A stretch of 61,335 bases of DNA from Perkinsus olseni (lineage: Eukaryota): the NCBI GenBank assembly GCA_013115125.1, contig JABANN010000150.1, positions 1 to 61,335 of the forward strand, given 5' to 3'. This document shows, in pieces, positions 47,617-60,822 of the stretch. A program made the position numbers and the translations under genes. The notes beneath the pieces are model-generated. The model ran no database searches. It was not told the origin of the DNA and was given only the letters and a program-made list of their open reading frames with translations. Each line of letters begins with the position of its first letter. Positions within the stretch are counted from its first letter, which is position 1.

Positions 47617-50441
47617 ATGAACCGATTGGTAGAGGCGTTCTCCGCCACTACCACCAAGAGTGGAGGGGACAGCAGGGTGGGTCGGACATGGCTAGCTCGT
47701 TGTGCCTCAGTGAATTCACATTTAGGGTAAAGGTAAGAAAACCTACAGCCGTGTCTACAAGTTCGACACCCGAGAAGTCGCTGAGGAGAAGCCACTGTCG
47801 GAAGGTGACAGCTTCTGCGAACTCTGAGCACGACTGAGCTCACGCTCGATCATTGTCAGGGGGCTTTGCGTATGTTAGTTTGATGAAGGACATTCATACT
47901 AGTCGACCCTATGCCATGAAGAAGATGAAGTGCACAGTGAGTAGCGATGGACGCACGCTGAAGGTGAACGACTATGGTTATGTCCCAGGACAGGACACGG
48001 TACCAGATGGCCCTACACGAGTGTAAAATCTTGGAGTCCTTAGCCGGCCATCCGAACATCGTCAACTGTTATGGCCACATCACCGAACCCGGTATGCTCC
48101 CCAGCCGCTCATTTCACAGCGAATTTGCCATCCTGGTAGGTGAGCAGGTCGGCTCGAAAGATGTTTGTCTCCTCCTGGACTACTGTGATGGTGGCCACCT
48201 GCTTGACCTATTGGATCGCCACCACGGCCGTTTACCCACAGCCACCGTTGTAAGCCCCGGGCGCTCGGCATTCCTGCAGTATCTTGTCTCTCCGTTAGGT
48301 GAAGGCAATGAAAGATCTCATGTCTGCTGTTAACATTTTGCATACCCAATCACCCCCAATTCAGCATAGAGACTTGAAGGTCGAGAACGTTCTGTACAAT
48401 ACTGCAAGTGATCTGTATACACTCTGTGACTTCGGCAGTGCTACCACACGAGAGTATCCCAACCCCAGCTCCTTATCAAAGGCTCAGATGGCCACGCTAG
48501 AGGAGGATATCCAGCGTTACACTACCTTAATGTACCGCTCACCTGAGATGGTAGACCTCTACACTGGCCTACCTATAACAACTAAATCTGATATATGGAT
48601 GTGCGGCTGTAAGGGCAATCAACCTCTGCGGGCATCACTGAAGATAACATCAGGTATACTCTTCACCCTCATCTGCTACCGGCATCCTTTCCAGGATCAA
48701 TCGGTGCTGGCGATCTCCAATGCGAGGTGGGGGATAAACTCGTGAACCTGCCGCTCCCGACGACAGGGCTTTCCGACAGGTATGAGATCGATCCTGAAGC
48801 AGCAGAGCGGCACCCTCGACCATTGACACAGTTGTGCGAGTGGATGCTCTCACGCGATCCAACCAGGAGGCCGACAGCCCAGCAGGTCCGTAGATAACCA
48901 TGTCCGTGGATCTTCAATCTTCATTTCTGACTCACCGTATGCGCCGTAACATACCGTTGCAATGAGGAGCACCGGACGCCCTGTTTTCATCTGATGGGAG
49001 CTTGAAAAACACCTCGCACAGGTACTCGATGTTCTGACCGACTGGAATCGCGTGGTGGTCGAGGGTCTCGTCATCGCCAATGGAACAGCAGGACACTCAA
49101 AGAAGAGTGGTAAGGCCATAGCCTATGAGGCATAGGGCGGACTAGCGGACCCTAATGCAGTGCGCTTTCGGCTTCTGCGCTGTTTACTCTCTCCCTCAGG
49201 TTCCAACGCATTATCAGATGCGAGGTCCCCGAACGTTCAGCATCCTCTACCTGTTCGGGAGGGTAAGCTCTATTCTATTTCGGCGTGGTGCCAGCTCAGC
49301 TTGCCGTTACAGGAAAGAAGATGTCGAAGCACCAGAAGAGACGGCCTAAGTCGCTAGAGCCACCGCCCGTCCTACCATCACCGGAGTCTTCTGGTGATGA
49401 AGGAAGAGAGATCCACTCAGCGCCGGACTGGAGCACACCGTCAGACAGTACGTTCGGTCTCCTTGGACTCGGCGACACGCCGGGGATACGATCCTTATCG
49501 TTATCCTCAGCCTGGCTTGCTATCACATCTCCTTGTAGGTGAGCTACCTTCATGGCGGGCATTTCAAACGGAGGAGCCACAACAGCAACAACAAGAAGTC
49601 GTAGAGAGCAATCCCCGCGGTAGGTTGAGTCGGGAAGCAATAGCGTAGTGAGTGGTCGTACTGTCGATTGGCAGATGCATGGAAGTCGTTTACGGATCCA
49701 AACCCTCTACGGGAGCTCCCACCAGCAGGAGCGGCGGCGGCGGATGCTGCAAGCAGGACCCTGGGTAAGACGATGTGGCTGCGGGCGTCACTCCCATGTG
49801 CGATGGTCATCAGCTTCCACCGCCCCTCCAGCTGCAGCAGCCGCGTGGGGAGCCACCTTCGGATCGTCTCCCGCGGTGGAGGCCATGCCCTCTCCCACTC
49901 TCCCTGGTAGGTTTCACGCTGCTTGTGGAGTTCTCATATCACATCCATTCAGCTCCTTTGCTTAGTCCAGAATAGATTTTCACTGTTAGGTGACGGCCTG
50001 CCTGAGTGGACGGCCTTCGGAGGTTCCGTGTCACCGTCATCACCACAACTCCTTGCATCATCAATGCCGCCGCCTCCAACTGATACGAGTCAGTTTACTA
50101 CCGGCAATGACGTGTGGGGCGATGGTCCCTCAACAGCAGTGGATAACGGACGATCGGGTGGGGATGCTGCTGGTCCTATACTCAGCGCGTGCTCCCTACA
50201 ATGTATGTCCATAGGTCACTGGGAAGCCTTCGATTCTGATTCGCCTCCGAAGGCTGGGGGCCAAGCGTCGGCCTGCCCGTTGGCGAGCTCAGTGGAGGCT
50301 ATCTCTGGCCCTATGAGCGTTGACTCTTGCCTTGCTCAGGAGAAGGCCAATCGAGTGTGTACCGCAACGACTGACTTGATAACTCTGAATGATGATAGTC
50401 ACGCAGGAGAGGCTCATACATCACTTAACCAGGTTGGCTGA
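47617..50441 (+). CDS. NAK-family Ser/Thr kinase (AAK1/Ark1-like) with a low-complexity tail (multi-exon; 3' end approximate)
   Basis: LSE-GGFAYV, YAMKKM, LAGHPNIV, PPIQHRDLKVENVL, LCDFGSAT, EEDIQRYTTLMYRSPEMVDLY, KSDIWMCGC. Confidence 0.92.
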
Positions 50442-50841
50442 CTATACGGTTATGTTCAGTGGAGATAGGATAGTCGCTTCTTTAGGCCTGTCAGCGGTAG
50501 TTATCGCAGTTCAAGCATTCCAGTCATCACCTGCTTCGTCTGTCGGTTGCTCAACCGAATTTATGATTGTTCCTCCTTGTACAGCCACAATTGCCGTTTA
50601 TGTATACCCCAGTTTCAACAGAGAGTGAGCGTTGTTGTCTTGTAGAGGGTGAACAACATCACCTGTAGCGCGGTGATGCCACTAGGAGTCGGGTTATGGG
50701 ATTCTCCTCACAGGGCGTTGTGATCGGGCACGTCATGAGCTTGCTTCAGTTGTTATTCCTCGCCAGAGTGTGACTGAGGCCTTCTGTGGTTCTGTCGGTC
50801 GTCAACACTGCAACTCTAATAATCAGTGGCATCCAACAAGT

Positions 50842-51087
50842 ATGGGAAACGCAGCATCATGCCATGGTGTCCACCCACGAAGCCCCCGGAGATGTCTTGT
50901 TATCGATGATGACTTCTATGGGAACGAGTCACGATGCACGCAGCACAGGATGGCTAGACTGAGGAGGGAGGAGCTAGTGAAGAGAATAAGCGGTATAACG
51001 TCGTCATCAACAACAGCATCGAGTGGATCTAGTCTGGATCTAAGCCGAGCCGGTTGTGACCAGCCGTTATACAACAAGAGAGTCTAG
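50842..51087 (+). CDS. Small putative N-acylated protein (81 aa)
   Basis: Begins MGNAASC, fitting the MGxxxS myristoylation consensus with a nearby Cys. Confidence 0.4.
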   Translation: MGNAASCHGVHPRSPRRCLVIDDDFYGNESRCTQHRMARLRREELVKRISGITSSSTTASSGSSLDLSRAGCDQPLYNKRV

Positions 51088-51674
51088 TTTAGTCCCGACT
51101 GTTGTTCTAGTTAATCGAACTCTATCCAGCTGCTGTACATTGTTCCTGCCCATTTAGCTACTTATCCCCCTTTCCGCTGGTGCCTTACTGCCAGGAGCGA
51201 GCTTAGGTTGCAGTATGTCCCCCAAACATTCGTGAGTGACGAGGTGCTTCAATCCCGTGCAGCTCCAGGTCTCTGGTTGGTCGGCCAATCGCCACGTCGT
51301 CTGTTGCCTCCGTTGCACCACTTTCGATTGTTTCTCCTGCACCCTAAGAGTCCGGGCCTCAGCAAAGCCACATCGCTGTGATGGCCTTCCTCCACCCAAC
51401 AGCCCTGCCCACTGGCCCTACATCAGCAGTCTCTACTCTAGTACATGTCTATGCTTCAATGCAGACCCACTAAGTCTCCCTCGAAGCATCACTTTATTGT
51501 TCCCTCTACTGGCCCATCCCTGGATGTTGTGTTCATTATCAATGGCAAGGGGTGCAGCTGCGACTAGGGGACGATTACGCACTTCAAGAATATTAACCTG
51601 TATGCCGCAGGACGCCGTGGCCTTCGAGACCGATAAGTGGTCCTCTCTCCTATTTGTAGCGAGGAGTGCTTTCT

Positions 51675-53664
51675 ATGACCTCTGCACCAAGCAGATGCCT
51701 TCGGTGTCTACTAGGCGATGAGGACGCCCCTGACAATGACTCACACCGTGCTCCGTTGATGTCCCCTAGAGAAAGGGTGACGTTGAATCCGTGCGAGAAG
51801 TTCCGACGCCACGGCTTGTGGCCGTGGAGGCTCACCGTCCACATCTGTCTCGCCCTCATCACAACAGCAATGGTGTAGGTGTCGACCGGACGCTCCTTAG
51901 TTGATGTATCGCCCTATGTAGATGCATCTGGACCGAGAATGATTGTCTTCATGCTAGGCATGCACTCCGGCATTTCTATACAGGGTTCATAGGAGTTCCT
52001 GGCAGCCCTGGGGAACGTGAAAGGTGTAGGGAGAGCCTCTTCGGCCGCGGAGTCGAGGACCTTACCCAGTTTTCGGCAATTGGTTAGCAAGGGAGTCTGT
52101 TCTCTCAGATGCCTCAACAGCCTCGGAGCTCGCGAGTGTCAGCAACCAGACGTTAGATCATTACTGGAACATAGATGGAAGAAGTCTTGCGGACTTCAGG
52201 TGAGGTGTGGTCGCCGTGGGTATCAACCGCCTGCACCTACTCCAATTTCCCATGACCCGGTGTCGCGGGCTGTGGTGCTTTAGGACGCTCGTGGCCCCAT
52301 TCATGCAACCCTATCTTCCGGACCTTGTAGGCACCTGTCTCAACCATTGGCTCTCCACATACACTGGCTCAACGGCGATCGACAGCGCATGATCCTCGAC
52401 GACGGCTGGCAGAAAGATTTTAGTTACGGCCGGTTGATGAACTCCGTGGAGAAGCTGAAGAGAATACGCAACGTATACGATCGTATCCTTGCTCTTCTAC
52501 GGTGTACTCTCAGATGTACTTCGCCATCCATATTTTGGATCCATTCCCGGGGTCGTGGTGGTGGCAGTGCTTATCGTGGAGCATACGGGTGAACTTCGAT
52601 TATGGCGGCAGCGGCCAGGTAGCCCCCGCCTTCCGGATGTTCAGCTCAGTCCAACGTTCCTGGTTGGTGTTGTGAGTATAAGAACTTACTCACGTGAATC
52701 TACAATTGTTTATCATCGTCCAGCGAGGGTAGTGGTCGTTTGCCAGGTGAAGAGTCGCCTGACCTACGACCTCACCGAGTGTTCGGACACAGAGCTGGAA
52801 GCGTTATTCCTTGAGGATCCCCGACTAGCAGGAGAGAGATATACCCACCCCGTGCTGTATCTCCTCCCACTACTCTGCTTACCACTAACGCTGCTCTCGG
52901 CGGCGCTAGCTACCCGGTCATACATTCTGCGTCGAGGCGGTCTGCGGTCTACTGGTGATACGAACGACCTTCTTGTGCGTGAGCTGGCTGTTGGTTGGCT
53001 GGACCCCTGGTTGATATTCGTATTGGCTGCCAATGCAGTGCAGGCCACAGCCGCACTACAGTGCATTCAGAGGGCTGACAAGACAGCAGATGTCTACTGG
53101 AGGTTGTCCCTCCTAGGCGTCGGTGCTGGTATGGCATGGCTCACACTCTTACGCTACCTCCAGTTCTTCCCTACCTACTATGTCCTCATTCGGACACTGT
53201 CTCGAGCGCTCCCTCGGTTACTGAGGTTCCTCTCCGGTCTCATGCCCTTATTCATGGCCTATGCACTGTGTGGCACTTGTGTGTTCTGGCCCAGCAGCAA
53301 CTTCGCCTCTCTATCGGACGCTCTTATGGCTATGTTCTCCCTACTCAATGGTGACATCATCCATGACATGTTCATGGACATGACATCTATTTCGTGGTTC
53401 TGGGGACAAGTCTACTGCTACACATTCCTTTGCCTTTTCATATACGTCGTATTGAACATCTTCCTAGCTATAGTGGACGAGGCTTTCTGTACGGCGAAGC
53501 GTTTCGAGGAACTCCACTTGCGACATTCGGCACGGGAGAGTACAACAGGGTCGTCGACAAGCCTAGTGAGCTCTGAGGATGCAGGTGAGGCAACAGCCAT
53601 TCATTCCTTGGACACGCTTCTGGTCGATCTTCTTGTTCTCACCAGGTCATCATCAGCTCGGTGA
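51675..53664 (+). CDS. Mucolipin (TRPML-like) cation channel (5' part multi-exon)
   Basis: LNPCEKFRRHGLWPWRL; WLTLLRYLQFFPTYYVLIRTLSRALPRLLRF; pore MFSLLNGDIIHDMF; YCYTFLCLFIYVVLNIFLAIV. Confidence 0.9.
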
Positions 53665-53907
53665 CAATGAGTTGCGGATGCAGTGCGAGCCTTCCGCCTG
53701 ACTTATCATTGATTTTTTACGTAGAATTCAGTAACTAGTGTTTTACTTGAACGAAGTGCGTTTGTTGCACCAGTGAAGGTCTTTCGACGGTGTAGATCAT
53801 AAACTAGTCACTCCAGAACCATCCACGCAGACCGTAAACCCAATTTGAAACTGAATGTTCCTTGAAAACAATTGTAACAAGAGAGGCTTATCCCTGATAA
53901 ATATACT

Positions 53908-56544
53908 TCAAATAGCGAACTTGTTGCAGAGGCACGTTAGCTTATTGAAGGATGACGTGTCCTTCGGCATGCAAACTTGAAAACTCATATAGGTTTCTCT
54001 GGGTTCAGCGAATTGAGGGGTATCGCCGATGAGTTCCACGTCGAAGAGCATGGAGACGTTCGTCAACTCTTGAGGACGCAGCCTCAGGCGGACAATCCCG
54101 GCCGACTCGTCAGTCGTTCGCCGCATAGTTGGGGTGAATTCAGGGGAAAGCTCGAGATCAAGACACGCTGATCCACGCGAATGTTGTGAGTTGATAGAAA
54201 CGATGATGTGCTCAATAAGATCGGAAGGAACGCTCGAGGACTCTTCTCCCCACTCGAGTGAACAAGGCGATGCTCTGAATGCGAAAAACACAATCCAAGA
54301 CCCCAAGACAGGGGAATCCGCCCTACTTGGTCGGTATGCCCAGTTGCTGTGGCGTCCTATGGTGCACCTTCCTCGTGAATATGTTTCGGACGGAGACGTC
54401 ACAGTTGGTCGATTCCCACCGACCTGAGTAAGCAGAGTTCGAAATGTTGATCAAACCGATGGCTGCCTCGCTTGGTACTCACAGTTGACTGGTAGAATAC
54501 TCTTGTCCATGAGGCCCAGAACTGCGTTATGCAGATCTACGCTCGTTATCAACGCTAGCTCATTGTGAGATAGGACTTGGTGAACGTGAGAAGGGAACTC
54601 CTTATTCGACGAGATTATGGCCAACGGGGAGTATCTTTCATTGGCGGCCGCCTTGTGACTGGCCCATTGGTTGCCGTGGTCGCTCATGATGATCGTCGTA
54701 TGCCGCTGGCCAAGTTGACTGTAGAAGTTATCCTGCCATTTAAGGTACTCCACGAGATCATCATCCCAGCCAAACCCATAGAGTTGATCGCCTTGATGAT
54801 TTCCCGTCATGTACAACTGTTGGAAGAGACGGACACCCTTTTCTTTTTGGTACGCCATAGCCACGCTCTTTCCAACGGGAAAGCAGTACTCTTCTTGCCG
54901 CAGGTTGCCAGTACACTCGAGCACAGTCTTCCCTTCATGTATCTCCGACAACCCTCTGACTCTATCCTCCAATGCATTCAAGTAGTGATGAGGGCCCAGC
55001 TGGCCATCTTTCCAGTTGTGAGCCATCAGATTGAACCCTTCGATACCCGCGCATATCCCAGATATCATCCCAGCCTCCCTGGCATATTGCGCCTGACAAA
55101 GTCGTCGTAACAGTGTGCCACAGCCTGGGAATATTCAATCCGATATTGAATGGCTCGAGAGATTCTATCGCGCATCTCTTCAAGGCATCATACTGGAGTA
55201 CTGGCTCCGTGTCTAGATCCACTTACCAGGCCTCTTGTCCTCCCATCCTCGGTTGCGAACTCCATGAGAGGCGTTAACGGGTTGAAGTAGCCAATTTGGA
55301 AGGCGGTCATGGCCAACATAGTGAATTTGCCGGTTGCAATGAAGCCGCCCAGCACGTAGCTCTCCCTAACTTCTCGCTTACTCTCGACGTAGGCTCGAGT
55401 TTTGGGGAAGGTCCGCATGAAATGAGCTCGGCTGATGGCGTCTATCATTATCAACGTCACGTGATCTGTCGTGTACACATTCCCACGGCCCCCCTTGCGG
55501 GACGCTGGCTGGAAGGCAGTCCCAAAGACACCGCTAAGGGCAAGGGCCGCTTCTCGCCGCGAAAGAGACATGCGAGGGGGAGGAGTGGGTGTCCGTCGTA
55601 AATGGAAGATTGTCCATTCGACGGAGGCTGTGCAATTGTGGAGAATGAGTGCATCATGAGTGAGACGAAAATGACTTCCAGACAGCTGCATCTTGGCTCG
55701 AGGTTTCTGATTGGGGTATTCTACTTCTTCTTCTGACCGGAGTACTCTCGGATACTCATCCAGAGCGTAGAAGTCAGTAGAACACTCGGACGACTTCTCA
55801 GTCGGTAGATGGCAGACTCCATTATTCCTATCGCAGATGTTGTTCAGGAAATGCGTGGCGTTGAGGAGGACGAAGTGGTAGGCCGCACCTACGGCTGAGT
55901 TGATCAATCAAGCGACCTGCTACGGTGAGGGTGCAGCCAAACGAAAGAAGGCCCACTCGAAGAAGCAGCTGAGAGGAAGCACACGAATGAGGCCAGCCCT
56001 CACATTCCTTGGGGCGGCGGGGGAGAGCAGCGATGGGAATTAATGGATCGAATCCTCTGACCTCTGCCATCCTGCGCTGGACAGTGTTGGACTTCATAGG
56101 TGCTTCGATTCCATGACGAGAAGTCTTCTCGTAGGGGCCGTGGTGAGCACTGATGGAGGCTCTCGATCGCCCACCTGAAACAGTGAAGCACCAACGTCTC
56201 ACTGCGGTCATCATGGCAGAGGCTACGAACAGCATGCAACGGAGATGAACAACGCATGGTCTTCCTCTTCGTACTCGCCAGAGAAGAGCTCCCTATTATC
56301 GTGAACTGCGGCCCCGACCAGCGCGGTTGCTGAGACAAGCAAAGCTTTACTGATCGGCGCCGGTAAATAAAGATATCATCACTCAAGCAGATGCGAGACC
56401 GAACGGGGCCCTGCCACCGGGCTTACCCTGCAAGGAGGTGGCTTGCTGATGCGTCGCAATCCTCCAAGATATGGTGAACAGGGCCACGAAAACGAACAGC
56501 AAGAGCGATGCGAGCCCTCGCTTTCCGGATAGATGACTGGCCAT
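53908..56544 (-). CDS. DUF229-like protein (alkaline phosphatase/sulfatase superfamily), type II membrane (several exons)
   Basis: N-terminal TM LASLLLFVFVALFTISW; TLIMIDAISRAHFMRTFPKT; HQGD..YGFGWDDDLVEYL; TIIMSDHGNQW..ERYSPL; LITSVDLHNAVLGL. Confidence 0.75.
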
Positions 56545-56858
56545 CTTTAGAGGTGGGAGGGCTCGAAGCCTGACGACCACCCGGCTTCATTTGAACGACC
56601 TTGACTCAATGACCAACGCCGTTGTACCGTTGCAACCAGTCGTCGGCATGTTCTTGCTTGGCCCGAGTCAATGACCCTCAACAACCCCGTCTTACTCTAC
56701 TGGTAACGCAAAAGCCTCAATGCAAAAGTGTGGTTTACGGCAATCATGAACACTCACGAAAATGTGAATAAGTTTTGATAGTAAGCATACGGCACAGACG
56801 AGTTTGTTCATTGACACTCACGTTATATATCGCTTCCCGGGCCGCACAGGACCGGCAC

Positions 56859-57788
56859 TCAGTTTTTTAGTTTCTTACCCCGTGGCGCTCCTTCGTCTGC
56901 AGCCAGGACCTCAGCTCTTCGTTTCTCAGCTCTGACGGCTTTCCTTGGTGATGGTTTACGACGAGTTTTCTTAAGCGTATTCGGTTTGACTACCGCGTCC
57001 GCCACCGCATCGTCTTCGCGCATCAACAGGATCCTCAACCCATTCATCGGCACCGACTGTCCCCAATTCTCCCTGCCCTCCTCGAAAACTTCTCTGGGTA
57101 TGTCCACGAGGAGAAGCGGTTCACGGTAATAGAAGGTCGACCTCGGATCTCGAGAGATGAGGTCGCCGACACCGTTGGAATGCTTGCCATGAGCGGTAAA
57201 ATTATTCTCCAACTTCACGCTTTCCTTAATGTGGAACCTGTTTTGTCTCTTGATATCCTGCTCGAAGGTGACCGTATACTGGCTGTACTCTCTGAACGTA
57301 GCCGACCCCTCAACGACCATCCTCCCTTCCTTGGGGGCATCTGCATGATGCAGTTCCTTGAAGATGAGCGACATGCCGAACTGTGGCACGGAGCCTTTGA
57401 AGGCACCTACAGGCAGGAAGCCCCCCACCCTCCATGGTTTCAGCTTCACCTCGTTGACACCACTATCGAGCTCTATGCCCGTGAACAAGGCGTGATCAGC
57501 ATTATCGAAACATATCGCGTCCTTTGCCTTAGCATCTCCTCGGAATCTATCGGGACTCTGCATGAAGGCTACACTGCTCAAGCAGCCATTCTCTTGCACG
57601 CTCCCCTTCAACCGAAAAGTCTTAGCAAACCCCGTCCCCGGCGGGTCCCTCTGAGTAATGCTCATATCAACACCATCTCTCGTCTTGGCGAGGTGCATAG
57701 CCTCCCTTCCATTAGAGTAGAAATATTCACCGTTTTTTAGGGCCACGACCAGGGTGCCGACGTGAACAGTACAGTAGAATGGACGCAT
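56859..57788 (-). CDS. Hypothetical intronless protein with a basic C-terminus
   Basis: About 310-codon open frame from ATG 57788; K/R-rich tail LKKTRRKPSPRK...RGKKLKN. Confidence 0.6.
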   Translation of the reverse strand: MRPFYCTVHVGTLVVALKNGEYFYSNGREAMHLAKTRDGVDMSITQRDPPGTGFAKTFRLKGSVQENGCLSSVAFMQSPDRFRGDAKAKDAICFDNADHALFTGIELDSGVNEVKLKPWRVGGFLPVGAFKGSVPQFGMSLIFKELHHADAPKEGRMVVEGSATFREYSQYTVTFEQDIKRQNRFHIKESVKLENNFTAHGKHSNGVGDLISRDPRSTFYYREPLLLVDIPREVFEEGRENWGQSVPMNGLRILLMREDDAVADAVVKPNTLKKTRRKPSPRKAVRAEKRRAEVLAADEGAPRGKKLKN

Positions 57789-57956
57789 GCTCAAAGGCAA
57801 AGACCGATGGCTGTTCCCATGAATTCTACTTCCATTCTGCCACCACTCACACCCCACTAGGATAGACCAACCCAACACCCAAAAAGGTCAGATTGAACGT
57901 GTACATCACAAAAAATGACAATTAAATGTGGTTACCATACGGGTACACAGTAGCCA

Positions 57957-60822
57957 TCAGCGCCACGACGACGGTGATGCTCTCACGCTGGATCCACCTC
58001 CTCCACCCCCTACAGACCCACAGAGTAGGGCAAAAACAGAGTCTCAGGATTTTACCTCGATGCGGGTCACCGTTAGAATCAACAACATTGGGCGTGGCAG
58101 TAGAGGGTTTCCGCCGCACTAACAGCTCGTACCTGTTGCGAGGAGGCACAGCCGTCCTTCACGGTCGACACTACCACCGCCACTCACATCAACTGGGGCT
58201 CGCCAATGAGGTCCTTGAAGCCATCAGAATGATGCTTACCTGACCAAGGCATCAATACACTGCTATCGGAGACTTGCGTGCCAGTCGGCCAACTAGCGAT
58301 TTCGCTCGCCGCTGTACAACAAGGAGACGCAACACGAACAATCCTCGGTTCAAACCAGGAGACGTGCGTTTTTCGAAAAAAAAAGTCCATCGAAGTTTTG
58401 GTACGTTAATTGCTCGAATGTGAACAAGACACTGCCTAGATTGGCAAGGAACGTACAGGCCTCCTCGTTAGAGAGCAGGAACTCCAGGCAGATCTCCTTG
58501 AGGCCATCGGCGTTGTGATGATGAGCTGTTATCAATACCTCTACCTGGGGTAACCGACGCGCATTAAAGTAACTTGAGCATCCGGACTCAGCTCGACGGA
58601 CTTACACAATTCTGTATCGTTATGTTGTGGCGCACTATGTCTTCACAAATCGCCTGAATCAATCAAAGTTCAAACGTAGGAGGAAAGTCTGGTCAAGATC
58701 CTTCTTTCCCTCCTTGGCAACTCACCCGTAGTCGATCTATGCAGAACATCCCGGCTGTGATGAGCAAGGACAGGGCCTGCCCCGTGTTGAGGTCTGGGTG
58801 GACCTACACTACGACAGTATCCCTGGCCGTCAGTAGGAGCATCACCTTGTCCGTATAAATGTACTCCAACAGCAAGTTGAACGTGTCATAATCGACATCG
58901 GTGATCGGGACCTAGCGATGCACGACTCTCCAGGGAAGCGGCTGGCAGTACAACACCTCCAGTAGATCAGACTGGCTCGGCGGCTGCACTGCATAGGAGG
59001 TGCTCTCATCACCGCACACTCGACCCTTGCTTTGACATCGTCTGGCAGCTTCTCGCAATCCACAGGAGAAGAACATAGCGCAGAAGTGTTCACTACGCGA
59101 TGCCAACTACGAAGAGAGGACGATTCACGGTGGTCAAAATCTGCACTCTAAGCGCCGCTTACCAATGCCTTGTTGGCCAACAATCTCCGGCCGTCCACGA
59201 GAAACACGACATCAGCAAACTCCGGAGCCGTCATCAACCTGATGTGCAGCAGATGACGAATAGCGCCGGCGCAGGAACGGTGAGCCCACCGGCGCAGATC
59301 ACCCTCCATGGTGCTCGCTGGTACATGAATCGGATCGAACCTGTCGGAGCGTGAACCCGAACCGGGGAGCGGAGGTTTCCTCCTCACCGGAACTCATGGA
59401 AGTCGTTGAGCACTATTGAACCGTTGTAGCCGCCAAATACATACAACGAATTATTGTGCACCTGATGGGAGGGCGTACCGGAAAGAGTAAAGTCGGTGTC
59501 TCAAACGCAAGTCGCAAACGCGTCTGATAGCGGCTGAGCCTTCTTTATGGCTTCTATACAAGAGCCCCACACAGCACACTACTACCTGAGCCACGAGTGA
59601 GCTCCTGCCAGACGGTGGGTCCTCAGTCTGGACTAGGAACCATGTCTGTAGATCAAACCTGATGGAACCTGCCTCCAGCAAGTGAAGGGAGGCCAACCTA
59701 CTACCTGAACTCATGGAGATCGTTCAGCCTCTCCTGACCGCTATAACCCCCGAACAAGTACCTGAAAATACCCATCTCTCGTTTAAGTGTTAGCCTCACT
59801 GCCAACACCCTACAGAGAGTCCCCGTGCACCACACTGGCATGGAAGTATCTCGGCGACGGCGGCTGTCCAGAGGTCCTCGTTGCCACCACTGACCACTTT
59901 CTATCGGACATTTCGAAGCGGTGGAAGTCGTTCATCCGATGTACACCATCATAGCCTCCAAAGAGGTAGACACTCCCTTCATGGTAGGCCCAGCTCGGAC
60001 ACGAGCGTCCGGTGGGGATGTACCCCTGGACGTGGGTTTGCGACCACGTGCCTTCATCCACGTCAAATTCATGCATATCATTCAACCATGTTTGACCATC
60101 ATAACCCCCAAATACAAAAAATACTGACCCATGCACGCTGGAGACATAGCCGAATCTTGTGGACGGTGGACTGCCAGCTTTGACCTCTACCGGCGCCCAG
60201 GTGGACGTGTCGAAGTTGAAGCAGTGGAAATCATTGAGCCAGTTGTATCCTGAGTACCCTCCGAAAAGGTACCTAAAAGGTTAAATGGCTTCACAGAGTA
60301 CCACAACTCCCGTACATATTATTCTTGATAACCACAGCACCATTATTTTCACGCCCTGTTGGCGTCTCTCCCTTAGTGTGGACTTGGGACCTAGGGCGAA
60401 ATCAATATCAACCTTCGCTCCTCTCAACACCCTCACCAAAGTCTGGTATTGAAGTCAAATTTGAAAAGGTCGTCCAATCGTCCACTGCCACCATACCCGC
60501 CTAAGACGTACAGAGCGTCATTGTACACGACACTTGCTGCTCCCGATCGATCTCCAGGCAGCTCCATCGCTTTCTCAGCCGTGCAGCCGTACTGCACCGG
60601 TCGCCACCGTCGAACCACCACACGTGAAGACGGAGCCCCCGCCGACCCATAGTGTGGGTTGGCGGAAGGAGCTGTCTCGCAGCCCCCTGCAGCTGAGGGA
60701 CCGCCTCCTAGATACCGTGGAACCCGACCGTTCGCCACCCCGGAGGCCCGGTCGATGACATCACCAGCAGCCTGAGTTGAGAGTTCGGGTGTCGCTGGAG
60801 GGGCTCCTGCACCGGAGTCCAT
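57957..60822 (-). CDS. Kelch-repeat + BTB/BACK protein (LZTR1-like), multi-exon; 3' end approximate
   Basis: Six kelch-type units (LYVLGGYGG, LFGGYSG, FVFGGYDG, YLFGGYDG, LFGGYSG, YVFGGYNG), then APEFADVVFLVDGRRLLANKAL-LASRSEHFCAMFF, LEYIYTD, HHHNADGLKEICLEF. Confidence 0.9.
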
